Shown here: in pieces, positions 26,164-40,499 of the stretch
Layout: every line of letters starts with the position of its first letter
Numbering within the stretch: the first letter of the stretch is position 1
Assembly (NCBI GenBank): GCA_951406725.2
Contig: OX597815.1
Coordinates: forward strand, 89,466,001-89,530,000
Source: Octopus vulgaris
Lineage: Eukaryota
DNA length: 64,000 nt
Direction: 5' to 3'
Program-made: the position numbers and the translations under genes
Notes under the pieces: generated by a model
Database searches by the model: none
What the model saw: the letters and a program-made list of their open reading frames with translations, nothing else
What the model was told of the DNA's origin: nothing

Positions 26164-26931
26164 TGAACTGGTAACTAACTCTATCTTAACTCAATATGCT
26201 GAGACTTCTCTTATGCTCTGTATTTCTGTTGTATTTGCATGCACCTTTATCTGTACCTTCTGTCGCACACACGGACACATAGACACTAATACTATACGCA
26301 TGCATTCATACCACAACACTACGCTAATAGTCACAACTCACTTTGTACACTGTGGATAAAGTCTATCTTCTCTCTCAAACACTAGAACGGCTTGTCGTCC
26401 CTCATTCGTTTCCTTTGGCACTGTATAATATATCCATGTATTATGGTTTCTCTTATTATTATGTTAGGATGCGATCGTGCGGTGTACAAGAGGAGACCTT
26501 GCTACCAACCTCCTTACGTACGGTCGTAACCTACATGAGCATATTACCAAATCAACTAAAAACGAATTCGAATCGCTGGTGTGAAGTATACATATGCAGA
26601 TAGGATAAAATCGATTTGTTGATGTGCAACAGCGAAATAACGATATCCAACGTTACCGTTCATCTACCACATGGAGCAGAAAGGAGGTTTTCGTGGAACG
26701 TTTTTAATGTGATCGAGTTTTTAATCCATCATTCACTGTGGTCCTGTACTTCGTGTCTACTTTCATTTTTATATCACTTCTTTCCACAGTATATAAATGT
26801 CCTAACTAACTCAAGTCGGTCACTTCTTAAAGGAGGAAAAATAAAGCCTTGTAATTCTGGTCATTTTATACGTTCAAAAGCCGTTAATGTAATAAATACA
26901 TAGTTATCCTCATTGAAATAATTTTCGAATG

Positions 26932-27196
26932 TAGAGTGGAAAACAAGTTACCCATTCAGAAACACAGGAAGACTGTTAATTTCATTTACATATTTATTTG
27001 TAATATGGTGTCAAAAAAATTGTCGCTCGAAACTTCGACCTGTTTACTTGCAAAAGAATTTTGCAGCAAAATTGTTTGTCAGTGAACAGGTCGCAATTTC
27101 TAGCGACGAAAATGTTAACACTATATTACATATAAATTAAGTGAAGTTAAAAGTCTTAGTGTGTTTTTTAATGTCAAACGTGTGTCTTCCACGCTG
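26932..27196. mobile_element. Palindromic MITE-like element
   Basis: Whole-length imperfect palindrome centred near 27065, e.g. TGTAATATGGTGTCAA / TTAACACTATATTACA and GTCGCTCGAAAC.TCGACCTGTT / AACAGGTCGCAATTTCTAGCGAC. Confidence 0.7.
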
Positions 27197-27332
27197 TAAT
27201 CGCTTTACTTTCAGCTCAGAATTTCATATCAAAACACTTGCTATGCAAGTATACCTCCGTAAAGATGACGAGTACTTCTGCAAAAGCTAAATCCAAACCA
27301 CATTTTTGAATCGATGTTAGCGAATTACTAAA

Positions 27333-27556
27333 GGCGGCAAGCTGGCAGAATCTTTAGTACGCTGGATTCTAGACAAACACTTAGCGGAACTTCGCCCGAC
27401 GCTACATTCTGAGTTCAAATTCCACCGCGGTCGACTTTGATTTTACCTTTTTGGGTTCGATAAATTAAGTACCTGTGAAACACTGGAGTTGATGTAATCG
27501 AGCAGCACCCACCGAAAAAAAAAATCAGGCCTTGTGCCTATAGAAGAAATGATATT
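27333..27556 (+). mobile_element. tRNA-derived SINE (S1)
   Basis: GGCGGCAAGCTGGCAGAA, GAGTTCAAATTCC, TCGATAAATTAAGTACC core, GGCCTTGTGCCTATAG tail. Confidence 0.8.
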
Positions 27557-29411
27557 AGTGAACTACTATTATGCACTTGACGACACTCACAAGTTTTTGA
27601 TATAATAATACGTATAATTTGTCGACTATTAACCCCTCTCTCCTTCCCCCTCTCTCATATGTATGTATATGTGTGTGAGTATGTATCGAGTGTATACAAA
27701 GCAGAATATTAAGATATTGTAGTCGATAAATATACTCACCGCTGTTCATAAACATCTATGGCAATAGCATTTGAACCCAGAAACAAGAAAATGATTTCGA
27801 TTGACTATAAATAATTTAGTTGATATTCTGCTGTTTTAGCTATCCCCGCCAGCTATTCTTTTATTACCATAACCAGTTGTCCAATGTTTATAGTGTATTT
27901 TACTACTAGTCTCCGAAGATTTCTAACAGCTTTTACACTAAATTGGTTCACTCTCCTCTGTTCCTATTCAACTATATTTCGATTGGCAGTGTATTTTCTT
28001 TTTTTTTTCCATTCACTTCCCTTTTTGATCAATCAATATTTCCCAGTGATTCAATTGCTTAAATTAATTATCGTCTGTAATTGTGATGGCAATAAAGTAA
28101 TTTGTTGTTTTAAATAGGCAATTACTATTTTGACTAATTAGATCTTAAAAAGCAAATGAAATGTTCGGCTATCTGATGAGGGAAACTTAAGTGTTTCTAA
28201 AGCACTAGTCTCAAGTGCATACGTAACCAAAGCTGATTTTCACAAAAGGTCGCGCTTATATCTCTGTCGATAAACGAATATTCTCGATGGGGGAAACAGC
28301 TATAACGGAACCTATTGTCTGAAAGAATTGATTGAAAAAGGAGCTTTATAATGCAATGTTAAATAAATTAAGAGATTTCATATGGACATTTAACATTACA
28401 TTCTATACAATTAATTCCGATATGCGAAGTTATGTAGAATTCCAGTTAGTAATAATGTTACATTTACGCTTGTTTTAATGAAAACGTCTAAATGATAGCG
28501 AAACAATATTAATCGAAATCCTATAATGATTATAGATATTTTAGATATTTAACTTTGTTGGCGTCGCCACAAATAACCGAACTGTAGATCATTTATTAGT
28601 AGTGACGCCAAAATAACAACAAAATATATTACTTTAAGCAGAAGGCAAGCATATTTTAGGAGAGGGTTAGCCAACTCAGTACATGTCAACCCCTGAAGAA
28701 AAAATGGTCAATTGACATCGGTGGGGAATTGAATGCAAAATCAAAAACAAATACAAGGAACTTTGTACAACGTGCCTATGATCCTGACAATCTAGGAACA
28801 TTTAATTTATATACAAATTCAATGTAATTTAGCAATGTCACTGAATACAATCTTGCTGAAGGTAAGCTAAAACTTTACATTCGACGATTACGATTATTTC
28901 GTTTATGGAAATAGTATACGCGTGCAAACGATTACAATCAATTGCAGGAAAAGTATAGAAAAATCAGGTATCTGCTCTTTTTAACCTGTTGAATAGGTCA
29001 CACTGTATTACGTAATCAATTCAAAATATTTTTTTTCCTGCAGATCCGAACTAGTTATACTGCAATATGTATGGAATAAAGAGGATACGAGGTTATATGG
29101 TCAAACAATTAGATACACGTGAAGTTAGTCAACAAAGTTGCATATACAATAGAAAAAAAACCCAACAAGGTTCTTAACAAAAGTAAAAGATGAAACAAAT
29201 TTGGCAAAACTATGACGAAGTTTTCTTCGGTTCCTTTAATTGAGAATTCATATCATGATTCATAATCAAAAGCTTATTTCAAGTCTCGTTAAATGAAGAC
29301 AAGTGGTTTGTAGAACAGAAGGAATTTCGGAATTTAACTCAAAATCATCCCCGTACAGAAACATGTTATCCTAGGGAGATAAGGAAAAATGATTTCCATC
29401 TTTCACACACA

Positions 29412-29469
<58 letters not shown>

Positions 29470-29470
<1 letters not shown>

Positions 29471-30547
29471 CAGGTCATCCCATAAGTTCTGTCCCATTTT
29501 ACCTATTTTAAAATTGAATGAAATTTGATAGTATTTTAGAATGTCTAAGGTAATTAAAAATTATTTTTATGCATTTCTGTATATTTAAACTAATTAAATG
29601 TTTGAAAAATTCAGAAGTGGAGATTTCAGCCTTGAACATGAAGATCGAACAGGATGTCCAGTTGAGTTTGATGATAAGCGCCTTGAAGCATTACTTGAAG
29701 AAAATCCTGCATTATCAGTTGACGAATTGACAGTAAAGCTTGGTTAAAATCATACAACTGTTCATCGTCATCTTCAACAACTTAGAAAGGTTCCTAAACT
29801 TGGAAATTGTCCGAAAGCAACCACAAATCCCGAGTTGACATCTGCTCTTCCCTTCATTCTCGTGAACTCATTTCACCCTTTTTGAATAGATTTGTCACTG
29901 GTGACGAAAAATGGATCTTCTATCGAAATGTTAAACGTCGTAAACAGTGGTTTGGTAAAAGGTAAAAAGTTCAACCACTACCGAGAAGGGAACTTCATGG
30001 AAAAATGTTCTTCTCTCTATCTGGTGGGATTGCAAAGAAGTAATTCACTTTGAATTGTTACCACCTAACGCAACAATCAATGCTCAAGTCTACTGTCAGC
30101 AATTAGAGCGTGTTAACCAAACTTTGAAGAAAAAAAGACCCGCTTTATTAAATCGAAAAGGAATGAAGTTTCATTAGGAAAATGCCTGACCCCATACTGC
30201 AAAGATCACATCACAGAAGATCGAAGAGCTTGGTTGAGAAAAAATTCCTTATCCACCTTATTTTCCAGAACTTGCTACTTCAGACTATCATTTGTTTCGT
30301 AGATAACAGAATCATGTGGAGAACAACTTTCGCAAGCCAGGAGGAGGTCGAAACTGACATTTCAGAGTTCTTCGCTTTGAAACCAAAAGAGTTTTACAAT
30401 GATGAGATTAAAAAGCTTGCAAATAGATGGAAGGAAGTCATAGATAATCAGGGAAAATACATTGATGATTAAATTTCAATTGAATATAATATTTGATCAC
30501 TTGATTTCTTTATTCAAAATTCGGACAGAACTTATGAGATGACCTGA
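29470..30547 (+). mobile_element. Mariner transposon relic with both TIRs
   Basis: TIRs TCAGGTCATCCCATAAGTTCTGTCC / GGACAGAACTTATGAGATGACCTGA. Peptides VTGDEKWIFY, IWWDC, PPYFPELATSDYHLF, LANRWKEVIDNQGKYIDD. Many stops and frameshifts. Confidence 0.92.
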
Positions 30548-30589
30548 GTACATATATATGTGTGTGTATGTTTTATACTATCTTGTGTT

Positions 30590-30790
30590 TTTCTTTTCTA
30601 GTCACTGGATTGAAGACGTGCCAGGTTTCCGCCTTAAGAGATTTAGTCGAACAAATCAACCTAATGCTTATTTATAAATCTGGTGACATATTCTACCGGC
30701 CACTTTTGCCGATTCACTAAGCCAAGAGGCGATAAACAAACCAACACCGGTTATCAAGTTATGATGGAGGAAAACTCCCACACAATGACA
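30590..30790 (-). mobile_element. Degraded SINE S2 3' half
   Basis: Similar to 16981-17200 (CAAATCAAC, CTTTTGCCGA..CTAAG, CACCGGTT.TCAAG). Confidence 0.55.
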
Positions 30791-30803
30791 AAAGCATAGA
30801 GAT

Positions 30804-30859
<56 letters not shown>

Positions 30860-30862
<3 letters not shown>

Positions 30863-31255
30863 TAGAAAAATACAGTGTACATTTAAACACATAAGAGACG
30901 ACCATAATAGGACATCTGAATCACTAGAAAGAGCAGATAAACTCCAAACCACTAATAGTTGTAATTCTGAAAGGGAATGAGAAATAAAAACGTTTACCCT
31001 ATCTTTCCTGGACTATACATAGTTTCGGCAATCTTTTGTAAATAAAATAAAATGATTTTAATTTATAATTGGCGTTGCCATCTTCAGCAAGAAGCCAAGG
31101 CTAATGAGGCGATAAAGACAATGCCTCGTGTTTATATGTTATGACTTTTCAAAATCCAACACGCACGCGCGGTTCATTCGGCATTAAATACAAGTGCCGA
31201 TTTTCTTTCAGAATTTTCCAAAAAACCTTTTATCATTAATTAATAAATCTAAATC
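30860..31255 (-). mobile_element. Divergent family A element between (TA)n tracts
   Basis: Shares AAAATACAGTGTA.ATTTAAACACATAAG, TTTCCTGGAC, CCTCGTGTTTATAT and a CGGCA/TGCCG hairpin with 139-1000. Confidence 0.7.
31007..31091 (-). ncRNA. Type I hammerhead ribozyme (family A, divergent)
   Basis: CTTG-CTGAAGA-T-GGCAA..TTGCC-GAAAC-TATGTATA-GTC-CAGG. Confidence 0.78.
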
Positions 31256-31261
31256 TCTTTA

Positions 31262-31329
<68 letters not shown>

Positions 31330-31581
31330 CGGTGATAACGGAAGTTGTTTAGAAACTTTTGTCAGCGTGCTTCGACACGTATGGTTTTAGTGATGAATTA
31401 TATGTGGTTATATGACGATTTAAAATCTAATTCTCGGCATATTTGGCATAAGAATTTTTTCTGTTACCTTATTTATAAGTTGTTTATAATTTTCATCTTA
31501 AAAGGTATTTTCTAAATATGCTGGCCACTGATAAAATTTTTTTGAAAATTTATCCTATATTAGATATATATAGATATATAT

Positions 31582-33288
31582 CCGCCACCTCTCGTCGCTT
31601 CTATACGTATTGACACTCGAGCCATTATTGCGGAAGCTGGCGACTCTGAGGGGCATCCCGCGAGAACTCGGATGCGAGACGAGCGTGTCTGCATAGGCGG
31701 ACGACGTCACCATCATAGTGTCTAGCCACGAGCACATCGAGCAGGTCGGCGAGACACTGAAAAACTACGAAGCGGTGACAGAAAGCGAAAATCAACCGGG
31801 AAAAGTCAGTGGGCTTGCGACTAGGCACCTGGAGAAGCAAGCCCATGCCATCCACCAGCGCCTCCGCCGTGGGACGCTGGACCGACGGCCCGGTCGAGTT
31901 GCTCGGGGCCTGGTTCGGTCCGGACCTCCAAGTGGAGAAGAACTGGAACGAGATAACGAGTAGGGTGGTCACTCTCGCACGGCAATGGGCCGAGAGGAAA
32001 CTGTCCCTAAAAGGTCGAGCGGAGGTGGCGAACACGTACATCGCGTCCGTCATCTACAACCCCATCACCAAACTAGAACGCATTCTCTTTCGCTTCTTGT
32101 GGAAAGGATGCGTCCCGATGGTCAGGAGATCCATTTACTGTCAACACCCGTTAAAAGGAGGACTGGGTATGCCGTGGTTTATGATGCACAGACACGCGCT
32201 GAGACTGCGACATCTCAGGCTCTTCGTAGACGACGGTGAACAGGTGTGGTCACCATTTGTGAGGCACGCTTTATCGCAGCTCGTCCCCATGACCCAACTG
32301 CAGTCGTGGTTCAAAAAGAGGCCGAGGAAGGGTGAATGGCACCGCGAGTGTCGCGTTGCTCTCAAGCAACTCTGCCGTCCTGGGTCGACCTTGAGTGACT
32401 TCATCACAACCAAAGCATTCTATAGGGGTTTAGTGGAGGGGAGGTTCGACGACGAGCTCGGGGCGAAACTGGACGTAGACGAGGAGTACCTGACCCGCCT
32501 GTTCAGGATGACTTTCGGGTCAGAGCGACGAAACCGTTCTGCACGCACTCGTGCACTGTCCAACAATTTCCGACCTGTGGGCTTATGTCGAACAACTGCT
32601 GTCACGTGTGGGACGAGTCGGTTTATCAGCTGAATCTATCGTCAATATTGTCACGCCTCCCTCCTTCAAACGGGAAGGAAGAGACATTTTCATCATCCTT
32701 GTGGCTATGGCGAAAGAATGTATCTGATGGACGCGTCTGAAAGGATTGGAGACAAACACTTTCCTCTCTCGTCAATCTCTCATCAACTTCTTCAAGTACC
32801 ACTTGAAAAGGAAAGTGAGAGTAGAGAGGCACGTTTTGTCTAACGAATGTTTTAAAAAAAGATGGGTGAATGTAGCAAGGATGGCACGTATGAATGACGA
32901 AGCCACCTTGAGCATAATCCTATGAACACAGAAATTGAAAACAGAGGGTTACCCACTTGCAAACAAATGTGGTAACATATAACAATATTGACCAAGGTTA
33001 CCGTGGTCTTTTTCTTAGGCTTTTCTTCCCACGGATCAACCTTACTTGCTTTCCCCTTTACACCATACATCATAACACTGTGATACACGATCCCTATTGA
33101 TCGTTTTTTTCCCCTTTTTTCTTCTTTTTTCATTTCTCTTTTCCTTTCTTCCTTTTCCTTTTTTTCCTTTTTTTTTCTTTTTTTTCTTTTTTTTGTTTCT
33201 TTTGTTTCTTTTCATCCCCCAAAAGAAAAGCTCTACCTTGTAACTTGTCCCATCTGTGTGCAGCCCTGAGTGGCCAGTAAAGAAAAAT
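31582..33288 (+). mobile_element. 5'-truncated, internally deleted L1/Tx1-clade LINE
   Basis: PLSSLLYVLTLEPLL, SA*ADD, KINREKS, KLSLKGR, FRFLWKG, GGLGMP, DETVLHALVHC zinc-knuckle remnant; T-rich 3' UTR; flanked by TA repeats. Confidence 0.85.
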
Positions 33289-33298
33289 ATATATATAT

Positions 33299-33353
<55 letters not shown>

Positions 33354-33378
33354 TTAGACACATGTATAAGTAAATATA

Positions 33379-33446
<68 letters not shown>

Positions 33447-33457
33447 TATACGTATAC

Positions 33458-33492
<35 letters not shown>

Positions 33493-33493
33493 T

Positions 33494-34346
33494 AATTCCA
33501 GGCCCTTCGCTACCAGAATCCAAAACTGAATATTAAACTTACAGGATACACCGGTCCACAGGGAATTTCAATCCCAGAGCCTAAGTTTGTGAGGGACCTG
33601 GGTATCGACATGTGTGATGATACCTCTTTCATGTGCACATTACCAGGATAGCGACAAAGTGCAGACGACTGGCTGGATCGATGCTAAGAACATTCAGAAC
33701 CAGAAATAAGGAAACCATGATGGTCCTCTGGCGAACATTCGTCCTCAGCCGCCTGGATTACTGCTCACAGCTATGGTCACCCACCAGTGTAAGATTAACA
33801 GCAAACCTTGAAGCAATCCAGAGAAGATTCACATAGAAGATCGTCTCTTTGCAACAGCTCAGCTACTGGGAAAAGTTGCAACAGCTAAGACTCTACTCCT
33901 TGGAGAGAAGACGGGAGAGTTATGCAGTAATATATGTCTGGAAGATCCTGGAAGGAATTGTGCCAAATATTGGCATTGTAAGCTACGCCAATGCTAGAAC
34001 GGGACGACACTGCATAGTGCCAAAGATCCCAGCAATGCCATCACGCTTCAGGACCAGCTTCTGCAACAGCCTGGCTTTCAAGGGCCCACAGCTTTTTAAT
34101 ATTCTCTCAAAGAGTCTGAGGAACTTGCACAAAGTAGATGTAGCGGTTTTTAAATCAAAGCTGGACATCTTCCTGTCGAGAGTCCCAGATGAACCTACCT
34201 CACGGCAAGAAGTGCAAATGAGAGTAGCTATATCAAACTCCATTCTTCACCAAGTGCCACATATTAGAGGAGGTTCTTCGTAATAACAGTGTAGCACAAA
34301 ACGGCGGTGCATCAGTATGGCCGCAGCTCTGAGCTGAAACAACTAA
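33494..34346 (+). mobile_element. Older 5'-truncated CR1-type LINE related to 1965-5438
   Basis: FQALRY..VRDLGI..LDYCSQLWSP..LYSLERRRE..VPDEP; homologous 3' UTR stem-loop; flanked by (TA)n. Confidence 0.9.
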
Positions 34347-34900
34347 AAATATATATATATATATTATAGACATACTTAGGGGCGCTACCAAGAGATGACC
34401 ATATAATATTCTCTCTTGAAACAATGGACAGATTAGAAATGTTTTCAAACGAAAAGCACTTAGATTAATCTTTGTCTTTATTATTAAGCTGAAATAGATA
34501 GATCGTCTAACAACAGATTTCCTTCAAGATATAGAATTGATGAAATTTATTGTATATTACTTTCTCACGTTTTGTGATTGGTGTTTAATTTCTGCTTTCT
34601 ACAAAGGTGTTTACCTTCTCGTCAATAGCATTACACGTAGTTAATTACACATCAACTTAGACGATAAAATATAATCTGAGATACAAGGAGAGCAGGTGAG
34701 AAATTATTGATTCTGTATACATACAAACGTACATATATATAATATATATGTGTGCGTATATATTTATGCATGAACAATATATATTTATATATATATACAT
34801 ACATACATTCATATAATATATGTGTGTATATATTTATGTGTATATATATATATACATACATGCATACATATATATGTGTGTGTGTATATTTATGCATGAA

Positions 34901-34948
<48 letters not shown>

Positions 34949-35265
34949 CATATATATATATATACATACATATATGTATACATATATATACATACATTCA
35001 TATATCTACATATATATATTACATATATATATATATACATACATACATACACACACATATATATATATATATATGCATATATACACACACTCATATATAT
35101 ATACGCATATACAAACATGTATATATACACATGCATACACACAGAAATCAATAAATATACATATATATAATTCATCAATACATCTACAATTTGTAGAAAT
35201 ATAAGTGTGTTAATGTATTCTTCGATCGCTGATGATGTCCTAAGTATTTTTGTTATATATTATAT

Positions 35266-35652
35266 ATTGGTTCATTCCATAAATCATGCGGATTTTTCCA
35301 TTGCATGAACAAAAAATCGGAGAGAGACGGGATAAAATACATGCATCTACTTGCTATAAAAGCACGTAGTAATTTTCTCTTTTTTACCTATTCTTAGTGC
35401 AAGTTTTGAAGAGTGCAGTTCGATTTGAACAGTTATTTTCCAAAGCTATAACGGAAGTGGCAAAGGAGCATATTAGACATATTTTGATTTATGAGTTCAA
35501 TAAAGGCAACAACGCAACGGAAAGTGCGTGGAATATAAATGCACTATATGGGGATCGGACAGTAAGCGTAAAGCCAGTGGTTCCTGAAATTTCAAGCTGG
35601 AAACTACAGCCTAGAAGACGAACCTCGTCCTGCAAGATTTATAGAGCTCGAC
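35266..35652 (+). mobile_element. Mariner 5' fragment (HTH region)
   Basis: KEHIRHILIYEFNKGNNATESAWNINALYG..KFQAGNYSLEDEPR. Confidence 0.75.
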
Positions 35653-37362
35653 TCATTATATAGACACGTAATACATCTTACGATTCCACTTTGATTTTTA
35701 AAAGGTTATTGAGATATTCAGGACTGATTTTGATCGAAAGAATTGTGTAAAGAGAAATAGGAATGTATATTTTACACCGTCTTATTCTTGCTATTTATAC
35801 TTGAAACGTCTTCAATTATAAACCCAATTTTCACCTCACGGATCTACAAAGCAACTGATGAAGGTTAAAGAAACAAGAACATATACACAACAATGACGTC
35901 CCGAGTAACAGCGAGATTTCTTTGGGAAAGACCAACAAAAAACACTACACATTTTTATATATTCATTATCTTGATATGAAACCGTACTAAGTTCATATAT
36001 TGAATAACATGAATATGGAAACGATTCTTGCTGAAGAAGTTTCAGCGTCGATATTTATATGTATCGCTTCGAAATATGGCGTAGCTTTCAATTCGGAAAT
36101 ATAATTTATCATTTAGCCCATGAACACCTCTATAAGATTGGCACAAACAATAGCCGGAACGTAATGAAAGCAATTCAGGATGAGGTCATGTATCAGACTG
36201 AAGTAAAATGAACATAATATAAATTCCTCATCTCGGAAATAAGAATGGCATTGCTATGTCGTCGTTGGAAATTTCTCAATAAACACTGATGCAAGAGTTC
36301 AGTAATGCCGATCTTCTTTTTTTTTTCTTCAAAATTACCTTTATATTCTGTTTGTAAAATATGAATGATTGCTGCTACGTTGGAATGATTTTGATTAGAG
36401 ACTTGCTGTATTCGGTTGGTATTGAATAAGAACAAAACAGTAGTAGCAATATCAATATCTAAATTATTACATGCCATCTTTAGTCCCTCTGACACGTTTG
36501 AATATTATTCATTATATTTTCAATATACTGTTCCCTTTCTTAAATGTTAGTCTAGTAGAAAACCAATGTCTGTTGCATGTAGTTGTAGAATATCATGTCG
36601 TTATCATGGTATAAAGAATCAGGAAACATCTTTAGTCTAGTCTCATTTGAAATATCAAACCAGATATAATAATTTTTATATTGCTGCCTCCAAGTTATAA
36701 TGCACTCACTCATGTCCAGTAAAGGGGGATATGTATGGGCGTGATATTCTCTCTTAATTGTTACTGGCTCTTTATTCTGCTCTTTCTCCATTTTTCATTC
36801 TCTATTTATTTATTCTCTTTGCTTCTCATGCTACCTTTAACAGTTGTTCTTAAGTTGCATTTTACTAAAATCATTATTCATAGATATCCAAATAGAGTCC
36901 TATCTATTTCACTGTTACATTATTTTCAATTAATCATACTGGATATCTCTACAATTTTTATGCTTTCGAGTCGGGGAAATATCTGCTGTACAGTATCTCT
37001 AATTGACAGATTCGGTAATCTTCGTGCGCTCTAGGTTTTCCTCATAGTAAGAAAGCAAAATCAACAAAGTATAATGAAATGTTGTATTTTGTCACTTCTC
37101 ATTTCCCCTTATTACAACTCCCTAGGACGAACTTTGTTTGCCACTAAAAGTATGAATGAAATGTCATTTATCTTGTTGATTTTATGCGTAAAACGTTCCC
37201 TCAAATGTATAACCTTTCTATGTTAAAAATCGTTATTACAACTATTTTGGCCGCAGAAACTTCTGTTTCACATTGCAACAATACTGGTACAAATTGCAAC
37301 AATTATGATATTTATTATTTAATAATGATAGCAAATTATTATTTACTGTTATTATTACGAAT

Positions 37363-37722
37363 AGGTGGCAAGTTGGCAGAATGGTTAGCACACCGGGCAA
37401 TATGCTTTGCTGCGTGGAGCCCGGATTTACGTCCAGAGTTCAAATTGGTGGGCTTGTACCAAATCTTGGAAGCGTCATCATTATTATTACATATAAAGCA
37501 TTTTAAAAAATATTCTTCCTAATTTTGACTCATGGCCAGCAATCTTATGAGTGGGAATAAATCAATTATATTGACCCAAGTACTCGACAGACACTTTATA
37601 TTATTGACTCCGAATTCATGAAAGAAAAAGTTCACCGCAAAAGGATATGAGCTCCAAAGGAGCTGGGAAAATACTGCTAAGCATTTTGTTCGACACGCTA
37701 ACGATTCTGCAAAATGACTGCT
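37363..37722. mobile_element. Two degraded S1 SINE pieces (plus head 37363-37446; minus copy ~37545-37722)
   Basis: GGTGGCAAGTTGGCAGAA..GAGTTCAAAT and GCTAACGATTCTGC. Confidence 0.55.
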
Positions 37723-38423
37723 TTATCTAGTTCGTAACTTTCGGTTTCTTGTTGTATGTTGCTAACTTCCGATATATTTTGGGTTTATTATCTTGCGACA
37801 TCTTTTGGTTAAGTAATCATAGATTTCCATAATCTAAGTTTCTTCGCTAAGTAGTCTTTCATTAAAAAGAATATATTGAAAATAAGATTATCTTTATTAT
37901 TGTAATATTAAAATCTTCATATTTGTAGTTTTGAATTTTCTGGAAGACGGAGATAACTGCTGGAACTCAGAATTAACTCATCTTAGGAATAATTTAGTAC
38001 TGTCTCTTCTTTATATTTACTTAGTATTCAATATTTTGTAGAAAAGTTTGGAATTGAAAAAATGAGAGATTTGAAATTACTAATACAATATTAGCTTTCA
38101 TTTCTGAAGCGGTCAAGAGCAAGTGTTAAACTGAGACCCACAAATAAATATAATAATCATAACTTTTACTATTATGCGGTTTATATCGGTGAATTGTTAT
38201 ACGCTTTGCCAAGTATTTCTGAGTGAATCTTTGAGACGTAGTTACTTTTGGACATACACATAACGTAGTGCCGTAAACTAGTCAAAGTAAAATTCTATCT
38301 CAAGATTAGAAAATCATTGCTCTTGGTCATTGTTTTTCCTATCTTCATGTATTGTAATATGGAACTGAAATTATTATGTTCCAAATCACATTTCGTTATT
38401 AAAAAAAAACATACATAAAATGT

Positions 38424-38637
38424 GGGGAGCTGGCAGAATAGTTATTACGCTGGGCAAAATGGTGAGCGGTATTTCGTCCGTTTTTACGTTCTCAGTTTAA
38501 AGTTCACCAAGGCCGACTTTGCCTTTCATCCTTTCGAGGTCGATGAATTAAGTACCAGTCAAGTACTGGGGTCGATATGATCGACTACTCTCCTCCCCCA
38601 AATTTCAGGCATTTTGCCTATTGTAGAAAAGATTATT
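38424..38637 (+). mobile_element. tRNA-derived SINE (S1)
   Basis: GAGCTGGCAGAA head; GCCTTTCATCCTTTCGAGGTCGAT.AATTAAGTACCAG (Nin/Deu-like central domain). Confidence 0.82.
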
Positions 38638-40499
38638 AAAAATATATACAGTTCAGAATGAGATAAATAGTGGAGGGGTAAAACTTAATTAGGACAATAT
38701 ATATACATAATGTTTAGGTCTGAACAACTTACACTTGACTTTAGCTTTGTTCTATATCAAAAAATATATGCTAGGTATACACTGGCAATGATTCAAGCAG
38801 ATGTGCTTCAGCACTAATTCAGATATTCGATAATGCTCTATTTCGTATCTTTCAGTATCATATAGTAAATTATTATCTTCCGATATATCTTGGTTTTAAT
38901 ATCTCACGGTATCACATGATATGAAATAATGAATTTCCAACACCAAAGCTTGCTCACTGAGCAGTCTTAACTTAAGGTGATAATACTGAAACTAAGATGG
39001 ACATTAAAATTATTAACGTTGCGCAGGTTGACAGAGACTTGAATAACTACAGGTACTGACCTTCGTTCTTTTATAAAAATAGGCCTTTCTTCTGAAGCAT
39101 TTTTTTAACGCAGCGGTATTAATAATCAAAATTAGACCCTAGATACAACTTGCAAGAAGCTTATACTGACATTCTGCAGCGCTGACTGTACAAGAAAATA
39201 AGGAAGATGTTATATAATTTCACAAGTCAGCCTCTTTGTTCAGCTGCAATTATCTTCAACGTAGCTGGACGATATGAGATAAGACAGCGAGTTTATCATT
39301 TAAGAACTAGCACTACATAAATTGTTGTATCCCCATGTGTCCTGAAGTAAAAGATAAAATCTGCTCACCAACAATAATGGACAATTTTCCGTTATATATT
39401 GCCTGACAATTAATTGTTTTGAAGTTGTATAACGTAAAATGGTTCACTATCTATTTAAGGGATTTTATGTACAGCTCTTTTTCTTTTTCTTGAAATATTT
39501 GCTGCTTTGTAAATTAGGTTTCATCGTCATCTTATATAAGCGAATGGAAACTGTATTCGTGTGACAGCATTATAAACTCGTTTAATCATAGGGTTTCTCT
39601 AAATTCGTTTTTGCACTCCAAATGTAATTACCATTTATATAAGAAGGCACTGAACATGCTGGTTGCTTTCAAATGTAAAAGAGACACGGGATAATAACGA
39701 GATATGCTCAAAGGCAAAAGAAAAAATTCTAAATGTTATATAACTAGTATATATTGCATGGCATACGTTAGAGCATACCTCCTTACGGTAAACAATGTTG
39801 ACCAGTTGATAAATAATTTCATTCAAGACAAAGATCTGGCAAAATTAAAAGGTAATTTATGATTCCAAATATACTTTTCGCCATAGATTGCTATTTCCAA
39901 ATTTCTAACGATATTTTTCTGCAGTGTTGTGTGAAATGAAATTACAATATCTCTTAGCAATTATTAGCTTTTATATATAATTTAATTATTTTCGGATATT
40001 AATTTTCATCTAGAGTACAATTGGTAAACTATATAGAACAGTTAGTCAGAATCATGCATAAACAGACTCCTGTACTCATTTTCATACAACCTGATACATG
40101 CATACACCCGTACACATAGATACGTACATACACACATGCATAAATGCGTACATGCACATACGCATATATATATGAATATATATATATATATTCATATATA
40201 TACGCACACATATATATATAAATATGTACATTATATATATATATATATCAATACACACACATACATATATAAATATATATATATATATACACATTCACAC
40301 ACACTCACACACATATATACATACACACATACATATTTATTTATATTATCGTCAATGTTTCTATATGAGAAAAACAGGGTTTATATTTTTATGCCCGTTA
40401 GCAATAAATAACTGGTTACGGTATATCACTACTCAAAAAGTTATCTTCAGTTTCGCACCGACTATTCGGCGTGGCAATATTGATAATACTTCAGACATT

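Noticed and set aside
28173-28215. CTGATGAG..GAAAC motif
   Set aside because: No stem II spacing and no stem I or III pairing.
35855-36090. CTGATGA..GAAAC and CTGAAGA..CGAAA strings
   Set aside because: Stems cannot be formed convincingly and no second copy is present in the window.
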